NCBI GenBank assembly: GCA_045649935.1 | Contig: JAZRQQ010000120.1 | Span: 1 to 24,000 of the forward strand | Direction of reading: 5' to 3' | Origin: Acutalibacteraceae bacterium | Lineage (GTDB): Bacteria; Bacillota; Clostridia; Oscillospirales; Acutalibacteraceae | Length of the DNA stretch: 24,000 bases | In this document: positions 7,815 to 15,311 of the stretch, piece by piece | How positions within the stretch are numbered: position 1 is the stretch's first letter | Layout: the number at the start of each line of letters is the position of its first letter | Program-made: the position numbers and the translations under genes | The notes under the pieces: generated by a model | Told to the model about the DNA's origin: nothing | Seen by the model: the letters and a program-made list of their open reading frames with translations, nothing else | Database searches by the model: none

Positions 7815-7990
7815 TGGTTTTATACTCCTTTGCTTTATATTCGGTTAAGTGGTGAGGGGCTTTAAGTTATCTACCGTCACATTGAGGGGTTTCTATCAGG
7901 CTTATCCGTTCTCACTCTTATATTGCACTCTTGGTTCAGCTCTCGCTTACTTCGTCTGCCTTTCCTTAACTCTGTGATTACATTATATAC

Positions 7991-8067
7991 CTTGTACAAG
8001 TATAAATCAATAGACAAGATAAACAAACTTGTACAAGTATATTTGTGCATTTTTATACTTGACCAAG
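7991..8067. promoter_or_regulatory. Three palindromic operator-like sites upstream of the RHH gene
   Basis: CTTGTACAAG (7991-8000), CTTGTACAAG (8028-8037), CTTGACCAAG (8058-8067). TATAAT at 8084-8089. Confidence 0.6.
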
Positions 8068-8150
8068 TATTGATGTTTATGCTATAATGAATACACTGGG
8101 AATAGAATATATTTAAAAATATCCACCAACATTAGAAATGAGGTATAAAA

Positions 8151-8375
8151 ATGGCTGAAAATACAGGAAAAGCAAGCACAAGAGCTAAAAATAAATATAA
8201 TACCGCCAATTATGATAATCTTAGAATTATCGTCCCCAAGGGCAAAAAAGACATCATCAGAGAATACGCCGCAAGAAAAGGTGAAAGTATAAATGGCTTT
8301 GTAAACCGTGCTATCGATGAAGCTATGCAGGATGAGGGCGAAAAAGAAGCAAAATGCCCTCATAGCGCAACATAA
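8151..8375 (+). CDS. Arc/ribbon-helix-helix-type DNA-binding protein
   Basis: NYDNLRIIVPKGKKDIIREYAARKGESINGFVNRAIDEAM; RBS GAGGT. Confidence 0.8.
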   Translation: MAENTGKASTRAKNKYNTANYDNLRIIVPKGKKDIIREYAARKGESINGFVNRAIDEAMQDEGEKEAKCPHSAT

Positions 8376-8426
8376 AATATCGTAAAGCAACATAAAATAA
8401 TGCAAAGCAACGTAAAATATCGTAAA
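8367..8426. repeat. Three tandem 20-bp iteron-like repeats
   Basis: GCAACATAAAATATCGTAAA / GCAACATAAAATAATGCAAA / GCAACGTAAAATATCGTAAA. Confidence 0.8.
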
Positions 8427-8451
8427 TATACACAAATTTTCACAAAGCGTG

Positions 8452-8479
8452 TTGACATCGTGTAATTTTCGGATATACT
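8452..8479 (+). promoter_or_regulatory. Candidate sigma-A promoter for the 8684 gene
   Basis: TTGACA (8452-8457), 16-bp spacer, TATACT (8474-8479). Confidence 0.6.
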
Positions 8480-8485
8480 AAAAGT

Positions 8486-8680
8486 GAAGAGAAAGCCACC
8501 GCTAAATCTTCTCAGTGCCAGTGAAACGTTATGCCTTGCCGAGGTGGTATGCGTTGAGGCTCTTATAGGGTTTGTACATTAAGCCTGTTCTCGGCTATGA
8601 CTTAAAGTCAAAAAAATGTACGGTTTTACAAAGAGTAGGCACTTCGTTTTTCGGAGTGCCTATAATGTTATGATGGAGTT
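8486..8680 (+). ncRNA. Structured leader or small RNA candidate
   Basis: Stems GTACATT (8574-8580)/AATGTAC (8615-8621), TTAAG/CTTAA, AGCC/GGCT, and an 11-bp hairpin at 8636-8662. No ORF. Confidence 0.35.
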
Positions 8681-8683
8681 AAA

Positions 8684-9289
8684 ATGAAAGATATAAAAGA
8701 ATGTGCAAAGTTATATAAAACACTGCTAAATAAAGATTACATATTTACTCTTGAGCAGGGAATTAAGTTTAAATTATTCTTTAAAATGGGCAATTTTCAC
8801 CATCTGCTTGGTTTAGGGAAATTAAAAGATATCGAAAATCTAAATTTAAAAAGAAACAAAGCGGAGGATATTTATAAGAAGATATTGAAAGGTGACATAA
8901 AGCCCGATCTAATAGAAAAAAGCTCTTTTTATCAATTAATTAAAGACAGAATTGAAAACTTCCAAGGCATAACGGACCTTCTTGACGCCAATAAATGCAA
9001 AATACTTATCGACTTTGATAAGGAGCTTCTTGAATCAACTAATTTAACTAACACAAAATATATACTCTATAAACATAAAAACGATGGCTATCTTCATCTT
9101 ACTTTGGGCGATATTGGCAAAGGAATTTATCCTGAAACATTTTTCTTTGAAAACAGTAAAAGATACATAAGTGAACAGACGTTATTAGACATTATTGATA
9201 TTGAAATTTTAGACAGAAAAAATATAAAGAAAAGAGCTGTTGAAGTTTATAAAGATATACTCCAAAATGAAAGTTCTTCTGTTGGGTAA
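8684..9289 (+). CDS. PBECR4-like (phage/Barnase-EndoU-ColicinE5/D-RelE-like nuclease) domain protein
   Basis: LNKDYIFTLEQGIKFKLFFKMGNFHHLLGLGKLKDI…FYQLIKDRIENF resembles PBECR4-family proteins as recalled; not database-checked. Confidence 0.55.
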   Translation: MKDIKECAKLYKTLLNKDYIFTLEQGIKFKLFFKMGNFHHLLGLGKLKDIENLNLKRNKAEDIYKKILKGDIKPDLIEKSSFYQLIKDRIENFQGITDLLDANKCKILIDFDKELLESTNLTNTKYILYKHKNDGYLHLTLGDIGKGIYPETFFFENSKRYISEQTLLDIIDIEILDRKNIKKRAVEVYKDILQNESSSVG

Positions 9290-9302
9290 TTATATTTTTA
9301 TT

Positions 9303-9334
9303 TTATGAGGGCAAATTCGCCCTCATTTTCTTTT
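9303..9334 (+). terminator. Intrinsic terminator built from inverted ATGAGGGC copies
   Basis: ATGAGGGC-AAATTC-GCCCTCAT-TTTCTTTTTT. Confidence 0.75.
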
Positions 9335-9400
9335 TTATACCCTCAGTTATATTGGAACGCAAAATTGTAGAATAATAAACAATATAAGGAGATGATACAA

Positions 9401-9583
9401 ATGGCTAAAAAACAAAAATACACGGTAACATTTCACCTTCAAAAGTCTGACGGTGAGATAGTTCCTTTTGAGAAATTGAGCGACGAGGAAAAAGAAGAGG
9501 CTTTTGCAGGTATGAGAAAAAACTTAAGTGAAACGCTGAGCCGTTATTTCGGACTTCATCCGGAAGAATATGAAAAGTTATAA
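9401..9583 (+). CDS. Small hypothetical protein, 60 aa
   Basis: AAGGAG at 9386-9391, ATG at 9401; MAKKQKYTVTFHLQKSDGEIVPFEKLSDEEKEEAFAGMRKNLSETLSRYFG. Confidence 0.65.
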   Translation: MAKKQKYTVTFHLQKSDGEIVPFEKLSDEEKEEAFAGMRKNLSETLSRYFGLHPEEYEKL

Positions 9584-9701
9584 AACATCAGCTGCTTGTC
9601 GGCAAAAAATATAATCACAATATTATAACAAAAGACCTCTCTCCCGGACAAAAGGAAAGAGATCCTTTTTTTCATATAAAAACACCTGAATTTTGCACAA
9701 T

Positions 9702-9722
9702 AAGCGCCAAATAAACGCCAAA
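9702..9722. promoter_or_regulatory. Candidate integrase arm-type sites (right end)
   Basis: AAGCGCCAAA (9702-9711) and AAACGCCAAA (9713-9722), matching 970-990. Confidence 0.5.
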
Positions 9723-9751
9723 TCACATTTATGAGGGCAAATCATAGAAAA

Positions 9752-9788
9752 GAGAAAAACCCCTGAAGCCTTATGCTACAAGGGTTTG
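9752..9788 (-). terminator. Element-supplied terminator for the reconstituted tRNA-Thr
   Basis: Minus strand: AACCCTTGTAGCATAAGGCTTCAGGGGTTTTTCTC. Confidence 0.5.
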
Positions 9789-9792
9789 TGTA

Positions 9793-9868
9793 TGGAGCTG
9801 GAAACGTGACTCGAACACGCGACCTGCGCATTACGAATGCGCTGCTCTACCAACTGAGCTATTCCAGC
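9793..9868 (-). tRNA. tRNA-Thr (anticodon CGT), CCA encoded
   Basis: GCTGGAATAGCTCAGTTGGTAGAGCAGCGCATTCGTAATGCGCAGGTCGCGTGTTCGAGTCACGTTTCCAGCTCCA folds as a full cloverleaf. Confidence 0.97.
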
Positions 9869-10080
9869 ATATTGACTTGTGCTTTGACAATTATACTAAA
9901 AGAGATAGCTTTTATCAAGTCTTTTAATAAAAAAATTAAAAATATATTTCTTCAGAAAATTGGCTTTTCTGAAAGCAAAATACAAATATACGGACTTTCA
10001 CTATGCTATACTTAAGACACAAACGAAACACAGATTAACTGATCATTTCTCTTTTTTCACTCCACACTCATATATGTAAA

Positions 10081-10127
10081 AACAGGAAGCCGTGGGCAGC
10101 ACTCCGCCCGTAAGCTTCCTGTTTTTC
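10081..10127. terminator. Intrinsic terminator downstream of the DnaI-like gene
   Basis: AACAGGAAGC…GCTTCCTGTTTTT. Confidence 0.6.
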
Positions 10128-10137
10128 ATTTTGTCTT

Positions 10138-11112
10138 TTATTTAAGCTGTCTTATGTCCTTACCGCAGAAGCGTACGGGATAACAGCTTCCCATAATTCT
10201 TGAAGCAATTCTCTGAGTGTATTTCTGCTCGAGCTCATGTATTTCAAGATTAGTGCTGATAATCGTGGGTAATGAACGGAGTATTCTTGTGTTAATAATA
10301 TTGTGAAGCTCACTGATTGTAAACTGTGTCACAAACTCTACGCCTAAGTCATCAATAATAAGAAGGTCACAGCTGAGAACATCATCCTTTATGCTTTCAT
10401 CAGCAGGCAGTCTTCCGAAATGCTCTCTTTCAAGCTTATCCATAATATTCTGAATACTGTCATAATAAACATCGTATCCCTTTTCAAGCACCTTGTTTGC
10501 AATCGCAAGGGAAAGATGAGTCTTACCAAGACCGGTTTTGCCTACCATTATAATACCCTTTGAATTAAGAGAAAAATCTTCTGCATAAGCCTTACAGAAA
10601 TTATATACCTGATCCATATGCTCCTTCTGATTAACCTTAAGCTCTGCATCAGTTATATCGGGATAATACTGAGTTCTGAAATTATCAAAGGTACATTTTT
10701 TTATAGGTGAATTTGAATCAAGATTTTCTCTTGCCACATCACGTATAAGCTTTTTATAACAATGACAGTAGTAGCCGTCGTGAGAGCCTGTATCCTTACA
10801 TACAATACAGTTATACTTTACTTCGAGATAATCCTCAGGCAGACCGACACTTTTAAGCAGTGCTTTTCTTTTATCCTGTGCAGCAAGATTTTTTACAGCA
10901 AGAGAACGGACATATTCGGCAACATCACCGCCAAGACCTACAGCCTTTATCACATCGGCACCGCACTGTGCCATTTCTCTTTCAACCTCAAGAAGCTCGG
11001 GACATTTGACAACAGCTTCACCGTGACGGATTTCAGCCTCCATTTCAGCCTTCTGTCTTCTTTCGTCAAGAATTTCCTTGGCTTTCTGATATACACTTCT
11101 CTTATATGCCAT
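10138..11112 (-). CDS. DnaI/DnaC/IstB-like ATP-binding protein (helicase loader)
   Basis: Walker A GKTGLGKTH, Walker B LLIIDDLGVE; adjacent to a DnaD-like gene. Start MAYKRSVYQ preferred. Confidence 0.85.
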   Translation of the reverse strand: MAYKRSVYQKAKEILDERRQKAEMEAEIRHGEAVVKCPELLEVEREMAQCGADVIKAVGLGGDVAEYVRSLAVKNLAAQDKRKALLKSVGLPEDYLEVKYNCIVCKDTGSHDGYYCHCYKKLIRDVARENLDSNSPIKKCTFDNFRTQYYPDITDAELKVNQKEHMDQVYNFCKAYAEDFSLNSKGIIMVGKTGLGKTHLSLAIANKVLEKGYDVYYDSIQNIMDKLEREHFGRLPADESIKDDVLSCDLLIIDDLGVEFVTQFTISELHNIINTRILRSLPTIISTNLEIHELEQKYTQRIASRIMGSCYPVRFCGKDIRQLK

Positions 11113-12151
11113 TATTGTCACCACCGTTTTTCGTATAAGTCAGATTAAAAGCTTTCTGCATATATGCATCAATATCATAGGATGCATCACTCTTTTTCTT
11201 TTCTGTTTCCTTATCCTTGGAAGCATACTTCTTTTCCTTCTCTGCTTCCCATTTTATTCTCTCGTTCTGAATATCACTTACATTCTTTACGCCCTTTTCG
11301 TGCCAGGAACGGATTATTTTATCCATATACGGCATACTCATCTTGCCTGTACGGTCAATGCTTTCTTCATAGGCGTAATAAATAATTTCTTCGTTATAGC
11401 CGTATTCCTTGACCCAGGCCGTCAGATACTTTCTCTGCTTTTCTGTAGGATTGCGGTTAGTGATTTCCGTAAGACTGCGAAGCTTTTCCCATGTCTCGTC
11501 AACAATATTATGCTCTTCGATATATTCCATAGCACCCTCAAGAGTGTCTATTTCAAGCTCACTCCATCTTTTGCCTATGCGGGATATAGCTGTGTAGCTT
11601 GTCTTCTTCTGAGAAACGGCATATTCAATTGCCATAAGAATTACCTCAGTGGGAAGACCGTAGCTGTCGTGCATCATAAGAAGCACCGACTGACCGTCAT
11701 AACCCACAGTCTTTCCCAGAGCCGTCTGTGCCTCCTGGAAGAGAGCAGCAATTTCTTCACTTTCCTTAAGTCTTGCGGCAATCTGATCGTAAGTAGGTCT
11801 TGAGATAGGAATATCTGTGACCTTTTTGGTACGTACCTCCGGCTCAGATGTTTCTTCAGGCTCTTTATTTTTTGCAAAGCTCTCTGCTGTTACGGGAGCC
11901 TTTACCTCACCGTCTTTGAGAAGAATCCCTCTTTCGTTCCAGAAAATCATTGCATCATTCACATCGTCCTTATCAACAGAAAGAGCATCGGAAATCCTTT
12001 CACTGCAAAGGTCTGCTTCACCGTTATGTCTGAGCATATATAAAAGGACCTTCAGCTGAACAACGCTGGCAAGTCTTATATTATCGTCAACCAAAGCATT
12101 GGGAACAGGGAAAATTCCCGTAAATGCCATCGGATTAATTTTATATTCCAT
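11102..12151 (-). CDS. DnaD domain protein
   Basis: Repeated DnaD-like blocks YDQIAARLKESEEIAALFQEAQTALGKT and IIYYAYEESIDRTGKMSMPYMDKIIRSWHEKGV. Start MEYKINPMAF with RBS AAGGTG. Confidence 0.8.
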   Translation of the reverse strand: MEYKINPMAFTGIFPVPNALVDDNIRLASVVQLKVLLYMLRHNGEADLCSERISDALSVDKDDVNDAMIFWNERGILLKDGEVKAPVTAESFAKNKEPEETSEPEVRTKKVTDIPISRPTYDQIAARLKESEEIAALFQEAQTALGKTVGYDGQSVLLMMHDSYGLPTEVILMAIEYAVSQKKTSYTAISRIGKRWSELEIDTLEGAMEYIEEHNIVDETWEKLRSLTEITNRNPTEKQRKYLTAWVKEYGYNEEIIYYAYEESIDRTGKMSMPYMDKIIRSWHEKGVKNVSDIQNERIKWEAEKEKKYASKDKETEKKKSDASYDIDAYMQKAFNLTYTKNGGDNNGI

Positions 12152-12210
12152 ATTTTTCACCTTTCGGGCAAAACAGGGCAATCGCCAAAGCCATTGCCCT
12201 TTTCTGATTA

Positions 12211-13542
12211 TTAATATTTACCTAAATATTTGTCAATCTCCCACTGAGAAACTCTTGTGCTGTATTCACGCCATTCTTCTTCCTTGGCAGCAATATACTT
12301 GCTCCATACGTGCTCGCCTACTGCTTCTTTTGCAAAGGGGCTCTTTTTAAATTCTCTGAGAGCATCGTATAAGGTCTTGGGAAGAGAATGAATATCAGCC
12401 TCTCTTCTTTCGTCCTTGGTAAGCTTATAGATATTTGAATCCTCAGGAGAGGGAGGTGTAAGCTTTCTTTCCACACCGTCAAGACCTGCCTGAAGAATAG
12501 CAGCCATAACAAGATAGGGGTTAGCTGCAGGGTCAGGATTACGAAGCTCAATTCTTGTGCCTGTACCTCTTGCTGTAGGAATACGGATAAGAGGACTTCT
12601 GTTCTTTGCTGACCAGGCAATATATACGGGAGCTTCATAGCCGGGAACAAGTCTCTTATAAGAGTTGACTATAGGATTGGTAAGAACAGTAATAGACTTG
12701 ATATGCTCCATAACACCGGCGATAAAGTTATATGCAACCTCACTCAATCCTCTTTCGTCATTCTCGTCACAGAAAGCATTTTTGTTTCCGTTGAAAAGAG
12801 AAATGTTGATATGCATACCTGAGCCGCAGATACCGTAAATAGGCTTGGGCATAAAGGTAGCATAAAGGCCGTGCTGATTTGCAAGATTCTTTACAACATA
12901 CTTGAAGGTCATTACGTTATCTGCAGTTTTAAGCACTTCATCATATCTGAAATCAATTTCGTGCTGTGCAGGAGCATTTTCGTGATGTGAAGCTTCAACC
13001 TCAAAGCCCATCTTTTCAAGGCAGAGGCAGATTTCTCTGCGGCAGCCTTCACCTCTGTCAACGGGACCTAAATCAAAATATCCGCCCATATCGTAGCTTC
13101 TTGTTGTAGGCTTATCGTGTTCATCAAGATGGAAAAGGAAAAACTCACATTCGGGACCGATGTTGCAGGTATATCCCATATCCGCTGCTCTTTTTATTGC
13201 ACGGCGGAGCACATAACGGGGGTCACCCTCAAAGGGAGTTCCGTCAGAGTTGTAAACGTCACAGATAAGTCTTGCTGTCTTGCCTGTATTTTCATCCCAG
13301 GGAAGAATAACGAAAGAGTCAAGGTCAGGATGAAGACACATATCACTTTCTTCTATTCTTACAAAGCCGTCTATGGATGAACCGTCAAACATACAGCGGT
13401 TGTCAAGTGCCTTCTGAAGCTGACTTGTAGTTATAGAAACACTTTTAAGAGTACCGAGAATATCAGTAAACTGCAGATCAATAAAGTTTACCTTCTCTTC
13501 TTTTGTAATACGGATTATATCTTCCTTTGTATAAACGCTCAT
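12211..13542 (-). CDS. glnA: Type I glutamine synthetase
   Basis: Full-length 443 aa; [28 protein letters not shown] and adenylylation-region-like motifs. Confidence 0.95.
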   Translation of the reverse strand: MSVYTKEDIIRITKEEKVNFIDLQFTDILGTLKSVSITTSQLQKALDNRCMFDGSSIDGFVRIEESDMCLHPDLDSFVILPWDENTGKTARLICDVYNSDGTPFEGDPRYVLRRAIKRAADMGYTCNIGPECEFFLFHLDEHDKPTTRSYDMGGYFDLGPVDRGEGCRREICLCLEKMGFEVEASHHENAPAQHEIDFRYDEVLKTADNVMTFKYVVKNLANQHGLYATFMPKPIYGICGSGMHINISLFNGNKNAFCDENDERGLSEVAYNFIAGVMEHIKSITVLTNPIVNSYKRLVPGYEAPVYIAWSAKNRSPLIRIPTARGTGTRIELRNPDPAANPYLVMAAILQAGLDGVERKLTPPSPEDSNIYKLTKDERREADIHSLPKTLYDALREFKKSPFAKEAVGEHVWSKYIAAKEEEWREYSTRVSQWEIDKYLGKY

Positions 13543-13646
13543 TTGACTACCTCTTTCATTAACAGGAAATAATAACTGATATTTGAACTAATATACCATA
13601 TTATATAATTATTTGTCAACGGAAAACACTGCAGACAAATAAAAAA

Positions 13647-13670
13647 ACACCTATCCGTACGGACAGGTGT
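13647..13670. terminator. Intrinsic terminator
   Basis: ACACCTATCCGTACGGACAGGTGT flanked by A/T runs. Confidence 0.65.
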
Positions 13671-13686
13671 TTAACTGTTTACTTTA

Positions 13687-14199
13687 TCAGAAATCAACAG
13701 CGCCTTCAAAAATCTTTGCGAAGTATTCGAAGATCTGATTGAATCTTGCGAAAATAGAAGCAATTAATGCCCAGAAGGATACGTTTTCCTTGATTTCCTC
13801 TTCGTGGAATACTGCTACAAAAACAACTTCGTCACCGTTAGCAACACCAGCGGGAAGCTTGAGTGTGCCTGAGTAACCCTGATTGCCTGTGGGCTCCCAC
13901 TTACCTTCTTTTACCTTGTATTCTTCCCAGTACTTGAAGGTGTACTTTGTTGTTTCGGTTGATTCCTTAGCGGGAGTTTCGGGATATCCGTAGTATTTGA
14001 AATACTCTACAAGGTTCTCGCTTGCATCAATCTTAACAACGTTCTTGGGTTCACCGTTTTCGATGTCATCTGCATCCCAATAGAACTTAACTGTAACTAA
14101 GGGAGCTTCTGTTTCTGTTGAATCTTCTGCAAATGCCATTACGCTTACTGCTGAGAACATAAGAATAACAGCAAGAATGACTGATAATACTTTTTTCAT
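13687..14199 (-). CDS. Secreted hypothetical protein
   Basis: Signal peptide MKKVLSVILAVILMFSAVSVMAFA; AGGAGG-like RBS. Confidence 0.75.
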   Translation of the reverse strand: MKKVLSVILAVILMFSAVSVMAFAEDSTETEAPLVTVKFYWDADDIENGEPKNVVKIDASENLVEYFKYYGYPETPAKESTETTKYTFKYWEEYKVKEGKWEPTGNQGYSGTLKLPAGVANGDEVVFVAVFHEEEIKENVSFWALIASIFARFNQIFEYFAKIFEGAVDF

Positions 14200-14421
14200 A
14201 TTAATTTCCTCCAGATTCTGAATTAATATATGTCTAAAGACATTTATACAAGAAGATTATAAATGAAAATTCACTGTTTGTCAATATTTAAAACCATATT
14301 TGAACTTTATTTTACTTATTTTACCCTACAAATATTCTGTTAACTTTTTGTTCAACTTTACGTATCAAAGTTACATAACATCAGAGATACAATTTTCCAA
14401 AAGGACAAAAGAGATGATAAA

Positions 14422-15258
14422 ATGAAAAACTGTTGGTTTGACGGAAAAACCGTAATAATTACAGGTGCTTCAAGCGGAATAGGTAAAAACATCACTGAAA
14501 AGCTTATAAAGGAACACTCCTGCAAGGTAATCGGTATTGCAAGAAACAAGGAAAGGCTTGAGCTTTTAAAGGAAAGTCTCGGTGTCTTCGGAAAGGATTT
14601 TTCCTATTATAACTTTGATGTTTCCGTAAGAGAGAACTGGGAAAGCTTTGCTGAATCGGCTGAGAAGGAAAACCTTCGTCCGGATATACTTATAAATAAT
14701 GCAGGTATTCTTCCTAAATTCGATAAATTCGATAACTACTCTGTCGAAGAAATAGATAAGGCAATGCAGATTAATTTCTACTCCTGCGTTTATTCTATGA
14801 AAGCACTTATGCCCCTTATTCTCAAATCCCCGTCGGCAGCAATAATTAACATCGCTTCATCTGCTGCCCTTTGCTCCCTTGCTGGTACATCCGTTTACTC
14901 GGCAAGTAAGGCTGCTCTTAAAAGCTTTACCGATGCCGTCCGTGAAGAGCACAGACGGGACTGCTATGTAGGTCTTGTCTGCCCCGGCTTTACAAAGACA
15001 AATATTTTCTGCAACCAGGGTGTAACCGTCGAAGGCACTGCACAGAAGGCAATGAATCTTATAAGCACCGACTGTGAAAGAATGACCGACCTTATTATAA
15101 GAGGTATGAAAAACAAAAGAGAGGATATGGTTTTCGGTACGGATGCTCACTTTATGAGTGTTGGCAATAAGCTTTTAGGCACCGCCTGCTCCCATATAAG
15201 CAGTAAGGTAATGGAGATATCAAAGCTCGAACTGTTTAAAAAGGTATTTGAAAAATAA
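14422..15258 (+). CDS. SDR family NAD(P)-dependent oxidoreductase
   Basis: TGASSGIG cofactor motif, NNAG, YSASKAAL catalytic motif. Confidence 0.93.
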   Translation: MKNCWFDGKTVIITGASSGIGKNITEKLIKEHSCKVIGIARNKERLELLKESLGVFGKDFSYYNFDVSVRENWESFAESAEKENLRPDILINNAGILPKFDKFDNYSVEEIDKAMQINFYSCVYSMKALMPLILKSPSAAIINIASSAALCSLAGTSVYSASKAALKSFTDAVREEHRRDCYVGLVCPGFTKTNIFCNQGVTVEGTAQKAMNLISTDCERMTDLIIRGMKNKREDMVFGTDAHFMSVGNKLLGTACSHISSKVMEISKLELFKKVFEK

Positions 15259-15278
15259 ACAACCCGATAAAAATATAA

Positions 15279-15308
15279 ACGGCTGTCAGATGACAGCCGT
15301 TTGATTTT
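15279..15308. terminator. Intrinsic terminator
   Basis: AAACGGCTGTCAGATGACAGCCGTTTGATTTTT. Confidence 0.8.
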
Positions 15309-15311
15309 TAA

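Larger units (their letters stand above)
804..9838. mobile_element. Integrated genetic element (~8,989 bp unit) in tRNA-Thr; IME/satellite/integrated-plasmid-like
   Basis: Perfect 46-bp direct repeats at both ends, the right one lying in an intact tRNA; tyrosine integrase, XRE repressor, Xis-like gene, Rep and antirepressor inside. Confidence 0.9.

Noticed and set aside
8082-8435. 117-aa antisense ORF over the RHH gene
   Set aside because: Cys/Phe-rich, fully antisense to a well-supported RHH gene; probably spurious.
8684-9289. Confident toxin-antitoxin call with the RHH gene
   Set aside because: The RHH gene and the nuclease-like gene are separated by ~300 bp with iterons and a separate promoter; operon-type coupling is not supported by sequence alone.
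9773-10015. 80-aa ORF GAGNVTRTRDLRITNALLYQLSYS
   Set aside because: Overlaps the tRNA-Thr gene on the opposite strand; a well-known spurious ORF type.
12318-12650. 110-aa plus-strand ORF and other plus-strand ORFs across glnA
   Set aside because: Antisense to full-length glutamine synthetase; no supporting features.
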